Origin: the human T2T-CHM13v2.0 reference genome, Homo sapiens
Strand: one strand, 5' to 3'
Assembly (NCBI RefSeq): GCF_009914755.1
Contig: NC_060926.1
DNA length: 64,000 bases
This document shows positions 1-15,000 of the stretch, in pieces. Made by a program: the position numbers and the translations under genes. Each line of letters begins with the position of its first letter. Within the stretch, counting starts at the first letter, position 1. The notes beneath the pieces are model-generated. The model was given only the letters and a program-made list of their open reading frames with translations, had not been told where the DNA came from and made no database searches.

Positions 1-3000
1 AGTTGAACCTTCCTTTTCATAGAGCAGGTTTGAAACACTCATTTTTTGGAATCTGGAGGTGGACTTTTGGATCGCTTTGTGGCCTGTGGTGAAAAAGGGT
101 ATATCTTCGCATAAAAACTAGACAGAAGTATTCTCATAAACTAGTTTGTGATGTGTTTGCTCAACTAACAGAGTTAAACCTTTCTTTTGATAGCAGCTTT
201 GAAACACTCTTTTTGTAGAATTTGCATGTGGATATTTGTACAGCTTTGAGGATTTCGTTGGAAACGGGAAAATCTTCCTATGGAATAGAGACACAGGCAT
301 TCTCAGAGACATCTTTGGGATGTTAGCATTCGAGTCACAGAGTTGAACATTCCCTATCATAGAGCAGGTTTGTAGCACTCTTTTTGTAGTATCTGGAAGT
401 GGACATTTTGATCGCTTTGGGGCCTAAGGTGAAAAAGGAAATATCTTGCCACAAAAACTACACAGAAGCATTCTCAGAAACTACGTTGTGATGTGTTTAC
501 TCAACTAACAGAGTTGAACCTTTCTTTTGATAGAGCAGTTTTGAAACACTCTTTTTGTAGAATCTGCAGGTGGATATTTGGATAGCTTTGAGGATTTCCT
601 TGGAAAACGGAATATCTTCATAGAAAATCTAGACAGAAGCATTCGCAGAATCACCTTTGTGATGTCTGCATTGAAGTCAGAGAGTTGAACATTCCCTTTC
701 ATAGAGCAGCTTTGAAACATTCTTTTTGTAGTATGTGGAAATGGACATTTAGATCTCTTTGAGGTCTATGGTGAAAAAGGAAATATCTTCGCATAAAAAC
801 TAGACGGAAGCAGTCTCCAAAACTTGTTTGGAATGTGTGTACTCAACTAACAGAGTTGAATCTTTCTTTTGATAGAGCAGTTTTGAAACACTCTTTTTGT
901 AGTATCTGCAAGTGGATATTTGGATACCTTAGAGGATTTCGTTGGAAACGGGAATATGTCCATATAAAACCTAGACAGAAGCATTCTCAGAAAAATCTCT
1001 GTGAGGATTGCATTCAAGTCCCAGAGTTGAACATTCCCTTTCATAGAGCAGGTGTGAACACAAGATTTTGTAGTATATGGAACTGGACATGTGGAGTGCT
1101 TTGTGACGTATTGTGAAAAAGGAAATAGATTCCCATATAAACTAGGCAGAAGCATTCTCAGAAACCAGTTTGTGATGTGTGTACTCAACTAACAGGGTTG
1201 AACCTTTCTTTTGAGAGAGCACTCTTGAAACACTCTTTTTGTAGACTCTGCAAGGGGGTATTTGGATAGCTTTGAGGACTCCGTTGGAAACGGGTATATC
1301 TTCATATAAAATCTAGACAGAAGCATTCTCAGAAACCTCCTTGGGATGTTTGCATTCAAGTCACAGAGTTCAACATTCCCTTTCATGGAGCAGGTTTGAA
1401 ACACTCTTTTTGTGGAATCTGGAAGTGGATATTTGGATCGCATTGAGGCCTAAGGTGAAAAAGGGAATATCTTCTAATGAAAACTCGACAGAAGCGTTCT
1501 CATAAACTAGTTTGTGATGTGTGTGCCTAACTAACAGAGCTGAACCTTTCTTTTCATAGAGCTGTTTTGAAACACTCTTTTTGTAGAATCTGCATGTGGA
1601 TATTTGGAAAGCTTTGAGGATTTTGTTGGAAACGGGAATATCTTCATATAAAATCTAGGCAGAAGCATTCTCAGAAACATCTTTGGCGTGTTAGCATTCA
1701 AGTCACAGAGTTGAACATTCCGTTTCATGGAGCAGGTTTGAAACACTCATTTTGTGGAATCTGGAAGTGGACTTTTGGATCACTTTGAGGCCTGTGGTGA
1801 AAAAGGTATATCTTCGCATAAAAACTAGACAGAAGTATTCTCATAAAGTACTTTGTGATGTGTTTGCTCAACTAACGGAGCTAAACCTTTCTTTTGATAG
1901 AGCAGTTTTGAAACACTCTTTTTGTAGAATTTGCATGTGGATATTTGGACAGTTTTGAGGATTTCGTTGGAAACGGGAAAATCTTCATACGAAATCGAGA
2001 CACAAGCATTCTCAGAAACCTCTTTCGGATGTTAGCATTCGAGTCACTGATTTGAAATTTCCCTTTCATAGAGCAGGTTTGAAGCACTCTGTTTGTAGTA
2101 TCTGGAAGTGGACATTTTGATCACTTTGTGGCCTAAGGTGAAAAAGGAAATATCTTGCCACAAAAACTACACAGAAGCATTCTCAGAAACTACGTTGTGA
2201 TGTGTTTACTCAACTAACAGAGTTGAATGTTTCTTTTGATAGAGCAGTTTTGAAACACTCTTTTTGTAGAATCTGCAGGTGGATATCTGGATAGCTTTGA
2301 GGATTTCCTTGGAAAAGGGAGTATCTTCATATAAAATCTAGACAGAAACATTTGCAGAATCATCTTTGTGATGTCTGCATTGAAGTCAGAGAGTTGAACA
2401 TTCCCTTTCATAGAGCAGCTTTGAAACATTCTTTTTGTAGTATCTGGAAATGGACATTTAGATCTCTTTGAGGTCTATGGTGAAAAAGGAAATATCTTCG
2501 CATAAATACTAGACGGAAGCAGTCTCCAAAACTTGTTTGGAATGTGTGTACTCAACTAACAGAGTTGAATCTTTCTTTTGATAGAGCAGTTTTGAAACAC
2601 TCTTTTTGTAGAATCTGCAAGTGGATATTTGGATAGCTTAGAGGACTTCATTGGAAACGGGAATATGTCCATATAAAACCTAGACAGAAGCATTCTCAGA
2701 AAAATCTCTGTGAGGATTGCATTCAAGTCCCAAATTTGAACATTCCCTTTCATAGAGCAGGTGTGAACCCAAGATTTTGTAGTATATGGAACTGGACATG
2801 TGGAGTGCTTTGTGACATATTGTGAAAAACGAAATAGATTCCCATATAAACTAGGCAGAAGCATTCTCAGAAACCAGTTTCTGATGTGTGTACTCAACTA
2901 ACAGGGTTGAACCTTTCTTTTGAGAGAGCACTCTTGAAACACTCTCTTTGTAGACTCTGCAAGGGGATATTTGGATAGCTTTGAGGACTTCGTTGGAAAC

Positions 3001-6000
3001 GGGTATATCTTCATAAAAAATCTAGACAGAAGCATTCTCAGAAACATCTTTGGGATGTTTGCATTCAAGTCACAGAGTTGAACATTCCGTTTCATGGAGC
3101 AGGTTGGAAACACTCTTTTTGTGGAATCTGGAAGTGAACATTTGGATCGCATTCAGGCCAATGGTGAGAAAGGGAATATCCTCGAATGAAAACTTGGCAG
3201 AAGCATTCTCATAAACTAGTTTGTGATGTGTGTGCTCAGCTAACAGAGCTGAACCTTTCTTTTCATAGAGCAGTTTTAAAACACTCTTTTTGTAGAGTCT
3301 GCATGTGGATATTTGGAAAGCTTTGAGGATTTCCTTGGAAACGGGAATATCTTCATATAAAACCTAGACAGAAGCATTCTCAGAAACATCTTTGGGGTGT
3401 TAGCACTCAAGTCACAGAGTTAAACGTTCCTTTTCATAGAGCAGGTTTGAAACACTCATTTTTTGGAATCTGGAAGTGGAATTTTGGATCGCTTTGAGGC
3501 CTGTGGTGAAAAAGGGTATATCCTCGCATTAAAAACTAGACAGAAGTATTCTCATAAACTAATTTGTGATGTGTTTGCTCAACTTACAGAGTTAAACCTT
3601 TCTTTTGATAGAGCAGCCTTGAAACACTCTTTTTGTAGAATTTGCATGTGGATATTTGTACAGCTTTGAGGATTTCGTTGGAAACGGGAAAATCTTCCTA
3701 TGAAATAGAGACACAGGCATTCTCAGAGACATCTTTGGGATGTTAGCATTCGAGTCACAGAGTTGAACATTCCCTATCATAGAGCAGGTTTGTAGCACTC
3801 TTTTTGTAGTATCTGGAAGTGGACATTTTGATCGCTTTGGGGCCTAAGGTGAAAAAGGAAATATCTTGCCACAAAAACTACACAGAAGCATTCTCAGAAA
3901 CTACGTTGTGATGTGTTTACTCAACTAACAGAGTTGAACCTTTCTTTTGATAGAGCAGTTTTGAAACACTCTTTTTGTAGAATCTGCAGGTGGATATTTG
4001 GATAGCTTTGAGGATTTCCTTGGAAAAGGGAATATCTTCATATAAAATCTAGACAGAAGCATTCGCAGAATCACCTTTGTGATGTCTGCATTGAAGTCAG
4101 AGTGTTGAACATTCCCTTTCATAGAGCAGCTTTGAAACACTCTTTTTGTAGTATGTGGAAATGGACATTTAGATCTCTTTGAGGTCTATGGTGAAAAAGG
4201 AAATATCTTCGCATAAAAACTAGACGGAAGCAGTCTCCAAAACTTGTTTGGAATGTGTGTACTCAATTAACAGAGTTGAATCTTTCTTTTGATAGAGCAG
4301 TTTTGAAACACTCTTTTTGTAGAATCTGCAAGTGGATATTTGGATAGCTTAGAGGACTTCGTTGGAAACGGGAATATGTGCATATAAAACCTAGACAGAA
4401 GCATTCTCAGAAAAATCTCTGTGAGGATTGCATTCAAGTCCCAGAGTTGAACATTCCCTTTCAAAGAGCAGGTGTGAACACAAGATTTTGTAGTATATGG
4501 AACTGGACATGTGGAGTCCTTTGTGACGTATTGTGAAAAAGGAAATATCTTCACATATAAACTAGGCAGAAGCATTCTCAGAAACCAGATTGTGATGTGT
4601 GTACTCAACTAACAGGGTTGAACCTGTCTTTTGAGAGAGCACTCTTGAAACACTCTTTTTGTAGAATCTGCAAGTGGATATTTGGATAGCTTAGAGGACT
4701 TCATTGGAAACGGGAATATGTCCATATAAAACCTAGACAGAAGCATTCTCAGAAAAATCTCTGTGAGGATTGCATTCAAGTCCCAAATTTGAACATTCCC
4801 TTTCATAGAGCAGGTGTGAACCCAAGATTTTGTAGTATATGGAACTGGACATGTGGAGTGCTTTGTGACGTATTGTGAAAAACGAAATAGATTCCCATAT
4901 AAACTAGGCAGAAGCATTCTCAGAAACCAGTTTCTGATGTGTGTACTCAACTAACAGGGTTGAACCTTTCTTTTGAGAGAGCATTCTTGAAACACTCTCT
5001 TTGTAGACTCTGCAAGGGGATATTTGGATAGCTTTGAGGACTTCGTTGGAAACGGGTATATCTTCATAAAAAATCTAGACAGAAGCATTCTCAGAAACAT
5101 CTTTGGGATGTTTGCATTCAAGTCACAGAGTTGAACATTCCGTTTCATGGAGCAGGTTGGAAACACTCTTTTTGTGGAATCTGGAAGTGAACATTTGGAT
5201 CACATTCAGGCCAATGGTGAGAAAGGGAATATCCTCGAATGAAAACTTGGCAGAAGCATTCTCATAAACTAGTTTGTGATGTGTGTGCTCAGCTAACAGA
5301 GCTGAACCTTTCTTTTCATAGAGCAGTTTTAAAACACTCTTTTTGTAGAATCTGCATGTGGATATTTGGAAAGCTTTGAGGATTTCCTTGGAAACGGGAA
5401 TATCTTCATATAAAACCTAGACAGAAGCATTCTCAGAAACATCTTTGGGGTGTTAGCACTCAAGTCACAGAGTTAAACGTTCCTTTTCATAGAGCAGGTT
5501 TGAAACACTCATTTTTTGGAATCTGGAAGTGGAATTTTGGATCGCTTTGAGGCCTGTGGTGAAAAAGGGTATATCCTCGCATTAAAAACTAGACAGAAGT
5601 ATTCTCATAAACTAATTTGTGATGTGTTTGCTCAACTTACAGAGTTAAACCTTTCTTTTGATAGAGCAGCCTTGAAACACTCTTTTTGTAGAATTTGCAT
5701 GTGGATATTTGTACAGCTTTGAGGATTTCGTTGGAAACGGGAAAATCTTCCTATGAAATAGAGACACAGGCATTCTCAGAGACATCTTTGGGATGTTAGC
5801 ATTCGAGTCACAGAGTTGAACATTCCCTATCATAGAGCAGGTTTGTAGCACTCTTTTTGTAGTATCTGGAAGTGGACATTTTGATCGCTTTGGGGCCTAA
5901 GGTGAAAAAGGAAATATCTTGCCACAAAAACTACACAGAAGCATTCTCAGAAACTACGTTGTGATGTGTTTACTCAACTAACAGACTTGAACCTTTCTTT

Positions 6001-9000
6001 TGATAGAGCAGTTTTGAAACACTCTTTTTGTAGAATCTGCAGGTGGATATTTGGATAGCTTTGAGGATTTCCTTGGAAAAGGGAATATCTTCATATAAAA
6101 TCTAGACAGAAGCATTCGCAGAATCACCTTTGTGATGTCTGCATTGAAGTCAGAGTGTTGAACATTCCCTTTCATAGAGCAGCTTTGAAACACTCTTTTT
6201 GTAGTATGTGGAAATGGACATTTAGATCTCTTTGAGGTCTATGGTGAAAAAGGAAATATCTTCGCATAAAAACTAGACGGAAGCAGTCTCCAAAACTTGT
6301 TTGGAATGTGTGTACTCAATTAACAGAGTTGAATCTTTCTTTTGATAGAGCAGTTTTGAAACACTCTTTTTGTAGAATCTGCAAGTGGATATTTGGATAG
6401 CTTAGAGGACTTCGTTGGAAACGGGAATATGTGCATATAAAACCTAGACAGAAGCATTCTCAGAAAAATCTCTGTGAGGATTGCATTCAAGTCCCAGAGT
6501 TGAACATTCCCTTTCATAGAGCAGGTGTGAACACAAGATTTTGTAGTATATGGAACTGGACATGTGGAGTCCTTTGTGACGTATTGTGAAAAAGGAAATA
6601 TCTTCACATATAAACTAGGCAGAAGCATTCTCAGAAACCAGATTGTGATGTGTGTACTCAACTAACAGGGTTGAACCTGTCTTTTGAGAGAGCACTCTTG
6701 AAACACTCTTTTTGTAGACTCTGCAAGGGGATATTTGGATAGCTTTGAGGACTTCGTTGGAAACGGTTATATCTTCATATAAAATCTAGGCAGAAGCATT
6801 CTCAGAAACATCTTTGGGATGTTTGCATTCAAGTCACAGAGTTGAACATTCCCCTTCATGGAGCAGGTTTGAAACAATCTTTTTGTGGAATCTGGAAGTG
6901 GACATTTGTTTCGCATTGAGGCCAATGGTGAAAAAGGGAATATCTTCGAATAAAAACTAGAAAGAAGCATTCTCATAAACTAGTTTGTGATGTGTGTGCT
7001 TAGCTAACAGAGCTGAACCTTTCTTTCCATAGTGCAGTTTTGAAACACTCTTTTTGTAGAATCTGCAGGTGGAGATTTGGAAAGCTTTGCGGATTTCCTT
7101 GGAAACGGGAATATCTTCATATAAAACCTAGACAGAAGCATTCTCAGAAACATCTTTGCGGTGTTAGCATTCAAGTCACAGAGTTAAACGTTCCTTTTCA
7201 CAGAGCAGGTTTGAAACACTCATTTTTTGGAATCTGGAAGTGGACTTTTGGATTGCTTTGAGGCCTGTGGTGAAAAAGGGTATATCTTCGCATAAAAACT
7301 AGACAGAAGTATACTCATAAACTAGCTTGTGATTTTTTTGCTCAACCAACAGAGTTAAACCTTTCTTTTGATAGAGCAGCTTTGAAACACTCTTTTTGTA
7401 GAATTTGCATGTGGACATTTGGACAGCTTTGAGGATTTCGTTGGAAACGGGAAAATCTTCCTATGAAATAGAGACACAAGCATTCTCAGAAACCTCTTTG
7501 GGATGTTAGCATTTGAGTCAGAGAGTTCAACATTCCTTATCAAAGAGCAGGTTTGAAGCACTCTTTTTGTAGTATCTGGAAGTGGACATTGTGATCGCTT
7601 TGAGGCGTAAGGTGAAAAAGGAAATATCTTGCCACAAAAACTACACAGAAGCATTCTCAGAAACTACGTTGTGATGTGTTTACTCAACTAACAGAGTTGA
7701 ACCTTTCTTTTGATAGAGCAGTTTTGAAACACTCTTTTTGTAGAATCTGCAGGTGGATATTTGGATAGCTTTGAGGATTTCCTTGGAAAAGGGAATGTCT
7801 TCATATAAAATCTAGACAGAAGCATTTGCAGAATCACCTTTGTGATGTTTGCATGGAAGTCAGAGAGTTGAACATTCCCTTTCATAGAGCAGCTTTGAAA
7901 CACTCTTTTTGTTGTATCTGGAAATGGACATTTAGATCTCTTTGAGGTCTATGGTGAAAAAGGAAATATCTTCACCTAAAAACTAGATGGAAGCAGTCTT
8001 CAAAACTAGTTTGGAATGTGTGCACTCAATTAACAGAGTTGAATCTTTCTTCTCATAGAGCAGTTTTGAAACACTCTTTTTGTAGAATCTGCAAATGGAT
8101 ATTTGGATAGCTTAGAGGATTTCGTTGGAAACAGGAATATGTCCATATAAAACCTCAACAGAGGCATTCTCAGAAAGAAATCTGTGAGGATTGCATTCAA
8201 GTCCCAGAGTTGAACATTCCCTTTCATAGAGCAGGTGTGAACACAAGATTTTGTAGTATATGGAACTGGACATTTGGAGTGCTTTGTGACCTATTGTGAA
8301 AAAGGAAATATCTTCCCATATAAACTAGGCAGAATCATTCTCAGAAACCAGTTTGTGATGTGTGTACTCAACTAACAGGGTTGAACCTTTCTTTTGAGAG
8401 AGCACTCTTGAAAGAGTCTTTTTGTAGAGTCTGCAAGAGGATATTTGGATAGCTTTGAGGACTTCGTTGGAAAGGGGCATATCTTCATATAAAATCTAGA
8501 CAGAAGCATTCTCAGAAACATCCTTGGGATGTTTGCATTCAAGTCACAGAGTTGAACATTCCCTTTCATGGAGCAGGTTTGAAACACTCTTTTTGTGGAA
8601 TCTGGAAGTGGATATTTGGATCGCATTGAGGCCTAAGGTGAAAAAGGGAATATCTTCTAATTAAAACTAGACAGAAGCGTTCTCATAAACTAGTTTGTGA
8701 TGTGTGTGCCTAACTAACAGAGCTGAACCTTTCTTTTCATAGAGCTGTTTTGAAACACTCTTTTTGTAGAATCTGCATGTGGATATTTGGAAAGCTTTGA
8801 GGATTTTGTTGGAAACGGGAATATCTTCATATAAAACCTAGACAGAAGCATTCTCAGAAACATCTTTGGCGTGTTAGCATTCAAGTCACAGAGTTGAACA
8901 TTCCGTTTCATGGAGCAGGTTTGAAACACTCATTTTGTGGAATCTGGAAGTGGACTTTTGGATCACTTTGAGGCCTGTGGTGAAAAAGTGTATATCTTCG

Positions 9001-12000
9001 CATAAAAACTAGACAGAAGTATTCTCATAAAGTACTTTGTGATGTGTTTGCTCAGCTAACGGAGTTAAACCTTTCTTTTGATAGAGCAGTTTTGAAACAC
9101 TCTTTTTGTAGTATTTGCATATGGATATTTGGACAGTTTTGAGGATTTCGTTGGAAACGGGAAAATCTTCCTATGAAATAGAGACACAAGCATTCTCAGA
9201 AACCACTTTGGGATGTTAGCATTTGAGTCAGAGAGTTCAACATTCCTTATCAAAGAGCAGGTTTGAAGCACTCTGTTTGTAGTATCTGGAAGTGGACATT
9301 TTGATCGCTTTGTGGCCTAAGGTGAAAAAGGAAATATCTCGCCACAAAAACTACACAGAAGCATTCTCAGAAACTACGTTGTGATGTGTTTACTCAACTA
9401 AAAGTGTTGAATGTTTCTTTTGATGGAGCAGTTTTGAAACACTCTTTTTGTAGAATCTGCAGGTGGATATTTGGACAGCTTTGAGGATTTCCTTGGAAAA
9501 GCGAATATCTTCATATAAAATCTATACACAAGCATTCGTAGAATCAACTTTTTGATGTTTGCATGGAAGTCAGAGAGTTGAACATTCCCTTTCATAGAGC
9601 AGCTTTGAAACATTCTTTTTGTAGTATCTGGAAATGAACATTTATATCTCTTTGTGGTCTATGGTGAAAAAGGAAATATCTTCGCATAAAAACTAGATGG
9701 AAGCAGTCTCCAAAACTTGTTTGGAATGTGTGTACTCAACTAACAGAGTTGAATCTTTCTTTTGATAGAGCAGTTTTGAAACACTCTTTTTGTAGAATCT
9801 GCAAGTGGATATTTGGATAGCTTAGAGGACTTCGTTGGAAACGGGAATATGTCCATATAAAACATAGACAGAAGCATTCTCAGGAAAAACTCTGTGAGGA
9901 TTGCATTCAAGTCCCAGAGTTGAACATTCCCTTTCATAGAGGAGGTGTGAACACAAGATTTTGTAGTATATGGAACTGGACATTTGGAGTGCTTTGTGAC
10001 GTATTGTGAAAAAGGAAATATCTTCCCATATAAACTAGGCAGAAGCATTCTCAGAAACCAGTTTGTGATGTGTGTACTCAACTAACAGGGTTGAACCTGT
10101 CTTTTGAGAGAGCACTCTTGAAACACTCTTTTTGTAGACTCTGCAAGGGGGTATTTGGATAGCTTTGAGGACTTCGTTGGAAACGGGTATATCTTCATCT
10201 AAAATCTAGGCAGAAGCATTCTCAGAAACATCTTTGGGATGTTTGCATTCACGTCACAGAGTTGAACATTCCCCTTCATGGAGCAGGTTTGAAACAATCT
10301 TTTTGTGGAATCTGGAAGTGGACATTTGCATCGCATTGAGGCCAATGGTGAAAAAGGGAACATCTTCGAATAAAAACTAGAAAGAAGCATTCTCATAAAC
10401 TAGTTTGTGATGTGTGTGCTTAGCTAACAGAGCTGAACCTTTCTTTTCATAGAGCAGTTTTGAAACACTCTTTTTGTAGAATCTGCAGGTGGAGATTTGG
10501 AAAGCTTTGCGGATTTCCTTGGAAACGGGAATATCTTCATATAAAACCTAGAGAGAAGCATTCTCAGAAACATCTTTGGGGTGTTAGCATTCAAGTCACA
10601 GAGTTGAACGTTCCCTTTCATAGAGCAGGTTTGAAACACTCTTTTTGGGGAATCTGGAAGTGGAATTTTGGATCGCTTTGAGGCCTGTGGTGAAAAAGTG
10701 AATATCTTCGCATAAAAAGTAGACAGAAGTATTCTCATAAACTAGTTTGTGATATGTTTGCTCAACTAACAGAGTTAAACCTTTCTTTTGATAGAGCAGC
10801 TTTGAAACACTCTTTTTGTAGAATTTGCATGTGGATATTTGCACAGCTTTGAGGATTTCGTTGGAAACGGGAAAATCTTCCTATGAAATAGAGACACAAG
10901 CATTCTCAGAAACCTCTTTGGGATGTTAGCATTTGAGTCAGAGAGTTCAACATTCCTTATCATAGAGCAGGTTTGAAGCACTCTTTTTGTAGTATCTGGA
11001 AGTGGACATTGTGATCGCTTTGAGGCGTAAGGTGAAAAAGGAAATATCTTGCCACAAAAACTACACAGAAGCATTCTCAGAAACGTTGTGATGTGTTTAC
11101 TCAACTAACAGAGTTGAACCTTTCTTTTGATAGAGCAGTTTTGAAACACTCTTTTTGTAGAATCTGCAGGTGGATATTTGGATAGCTTTGAGGATTTCCT
11201 TGGAAAAGGGAATATCTTCATATAAAATCTAGACAGAAGCATTTGCAGAATCACCTTTGTGATGTTTGCATGGAAGTCAGAGAGTTGAACATTCCCTTTC
11301 ATAGAGCAGCTTTGAAACATTCTTTTTGTAGTATCTGGAAATGGACATTTAGATCTCTTTTAGGTCTATGGTGAAAAAGGAAATATCTTCACCTAAAAAC
11401 TAGACAGAAGCAGTCTTCAAAACTAGTTTGGAATGTGTGCACTCAACTAACAGAGTTGAATCTTTCTTGTCATAGAGCAGTTTTGAAACACTCTTTTTGT
11501 AGAATCTGCAAATGGATATTTGGATAGCTTAGAGGATTTCGTTGGAAACAGGAATATGTCCATATAAAACCTCGACAGAGGCATTCTCAGAAAAAACTCT
11601 GTGAGGATTGCATTCAAGTCCCAGAGTTGAACATTCCCTTTCATAGAGCAGGTGTGAACACAAGATTTTGTAGTATATGGAACTGGACATTTGGAGTGCT
11701 TTGTGACCTATTGTGAAAAAGGAAATATCTTCCCATATAAACTAGGCAGAATCATTCTCAGAAACCAGTTTGTGATGCGTGTACTCAACTAACAGGGTTG
11801 AACCTTTCTTTTGAGAGAGCACTCTTGAAAGAGTCTTTTGGTAGAGTCTGCAAGGGGATATTTGGATAGCTTTGAGGACTTCGTTGGAAAGGGGCATATC
11901 TTCATATAAAATCTAGACAGAAGCATTCTGAGAAACATCCTTGGGATGTTTGCATTCAAGTCACAGAGTTGAACATTCCCTTTCATGGAGCAGGTTTGAA

Positions 12001-15000
12001 ACACTCTTTTTGTGGAATCTGGAAGTGGATATTTGGATCGCATTGAGGCCTAAGGTGAAAAAGGGAATATCTTCTAATGAAAACTAGACAGAAGCATTCT
12101 CATAAACTAGTTTGTGATGTGTGTGCCTAACTAACAGAGCTGAACCTTTCTTTTCTTAGAGCTGTTTTGAAACACTCTTTTTGTAGAATCTGCATGTGGA
12201 TATTTGGAAAGCTTTGAGGATTTTGTTGGAAACGGGAATATCTTCATACAAAATATAGACAGAAGCATTCTCAGAAACATCTTTGGCGTGTTAGCATTCA
12301 AGTCACAGAGTTGAACATTCCGTTTCATGGAGCAGGTTTGAAACACTCATTTTGTGGAATCTGGAAGTGGACTTTTGGATCACTTTGAGGCCTGTGGTGA
12401 AAAAGGGTATATCTTCGCATAAAAACTAGACAGAAGTATTCTCATAAAGTACTTTGTGATGTGTTTGCTCAGCTAACGGAGTTAAACCTTTCTTTTGATA
12501 GAGCAGTTTTGAAACACTCTTTTGTAGAATTTGCATGTGGATATTTGGACAGTTTTGAGGATTTCGTTGGAAACGGGAAAATCTTCATATGAAATAGAGA
12601 CACAAGCATTCTCAGAAACCTCTTTGGGGTGTTAGCATTCGAGTCACTGAGTTGAAAATTCCCTTTCATAGAGCAGGTTTGAAGTACTCTGTTTGTAGTA
12701 TCTGGAAGTGGACATTTTGATCGCTTTGTGGCCTAAGGTGAAAAAGGAAATATCTTGCACAAAAACTACACAGAAGCATTCTCAGAAACTACGTTGTGAT
12801 GTGTTTACTCAACTAACAGAGTTGAATTTTTCTTTTGATAGAGCAGTTTTGAAACACTCTTTTTGTAGAATCTGCAGGTGGATATTTGGATAGCTTTGAG
12901 GATTTCCTTGGAAAAAGGAATATCTTCATATAAAATCTAGACAGAAGCATTCGTAGAATCACCTTTTTGATGTTTGCATGGAAGTCAGAGAGTTGAACAT
13001 TCCCTTTCATAGAGCAGCTTTGAAACATTCTTTTTGTAGTATCTGGAAATGGACATTTATATGTCTTTGAGGTCTATAGTGAAAAAGGAAATATCTTCGC
13101 ATAAAAACTAGACGGAAGCAGTCTCCAAAACTTGTTTGGAATGTGTGTACTCAACTAACAGAGTTGAATCTTTCTTTTGATAGAGCAGTTTTGAAACACT
13201 CTTTTTGTAGAATCTGCAAGTGGATATTTGGATAGCTTAGAGGATTTCGTTGGAAACGGGAATATGTCCATATAAAACCTAGACAGAAGCATTCTCAGGA
13301 AAAACTCTGTGAGGATTGCATTCAAGTCCCAGAGTTGAACATTCCCTTTCATAGAGCAGGTGTGAACACAAGATTTTGTAGTATATGGAACAGGACATTT
13401 GGAGTGCTTTGTGACGTATTGTGAAAAAGGAAGTATCTTCACATATAAACTAGGCAGAAGCATTCTCAGAAACCAGATTGTGATGTGTGTACTCAACTAA
13501 CAGGGTTGAACCTTTCTTTTGAGAGAGCACTCTTGAAACACTCTTTTTGTAGACTCTGCAAGGGGATATTTGGATAGCTTTGAGGACTTTGTAGGAAACG
13601 GATATATCTTCATATAAAATCTAGACAGAAGCATTCTCAGAAACATCTTTGGGATGTTTGCATTCAAGTCACAGAGTTGAACATTCCCCTTCATGGAGCA
13701 GGTTTGAAACAATCTTTTTGTGGAATCTGGAAGTGGACATTTGGATCGCATTGAGGCCAATGGTGAAAAAGGGAATATCTTGGAATAAAAACTAGACAGA
13801 AGCATTCTCATAAACTAGTTTGTGATGGGTGTGCTCAGCTAATAGGGCTGAACCTTTCTTTTCATAGAGCAGTTTTGAAACACTCTTTTTGTAGAATCTG
13901 CATTTGGATATTTGGAAAGGTTTGAGGATTTCGTTGGATACGGGAATTTCTTCATATAAAATCTAGGCAGAAGCATTCTCAGAAACATCTTTGGCGTGTT
14001 AGCATTCAAGTCACAGAGTTGAACATTCCGTTTCATGGAGCAGGTTTGAAAAACTCTTTTTGTGGAATCTGGAAGTGGACATTAGGATCGCTTTTAGGTC
14101 TGTGGTGAAAAAGGGTATATCTTCGCATAAAAAGTAGACAGAAGTATTCTCATAAACTAGTTTGTGATGTGTTTGCTCAACTAACAGAGTTCAACCTTTC
14201 TTTTGATAGAGCAGTTTTGAAACACTCTTTTTTTAGAATTTGCATGTGGATATTTGGACAGCTTTGAGGATTTCGTTGGAAACGGGAAAATCTTGATATG
14301 AAATAGAGACACAAGCATTCTCAGAAACCTCTTTGGGATGTTAGCATTCGAGTCACAGAGTTGAACATTCCCTTTCATAGAGCAGATTTGAAGCACTCTT
14401 TTTGTAGTATCTGGAAGTGGACATTTTGATCGCTTTGAGGCGTACTGTGAAAAACGAAATATCTCGCCACAAAAACTACACAGAAGCATTCTCAGAAACT
14501 ACGTTGTGATGTGTTTACTCAACTGAGTTGAACCTTTCTTTTGATAGAGCAGTTTTGAAACACTCTTTTTGTAGAATCTGCAGGTGGATATTTGGATAGC
14601 TTTGAGGATTTCCTTGGAAAAGGGAATATCTTCATAGAAAATCTAGACAGAAGCATTCGCAGAATCACCTTTTTGATGTTTGCATGGAAGTCAGAGAGTT
14701 GAACATTCCCTTTCATAGAGCAGCTTTGAAACACTCTTTTTGTAGTATCTGGAAATGGACTTTTAGATCTCCTTGAGGTCTATGGTGAAAAAGGAAATAT
14801 CTTCGCCTACAAACTGGACGGAAGCAGTCTTCAAAACTAGTTTGGAATGTGTGTACTCAACTAACAGAGTTGAATCTTTCTTCTCATAGAGCAGTTTTGA
14901 AACACTCTTTTTGTAGAATCTGCAAGTGGATATTTGGATAGCTTAGAGGATTTCGTTGGAAACGGGAATATGTCCATATAAAACCTAGACAGAAAGATTC

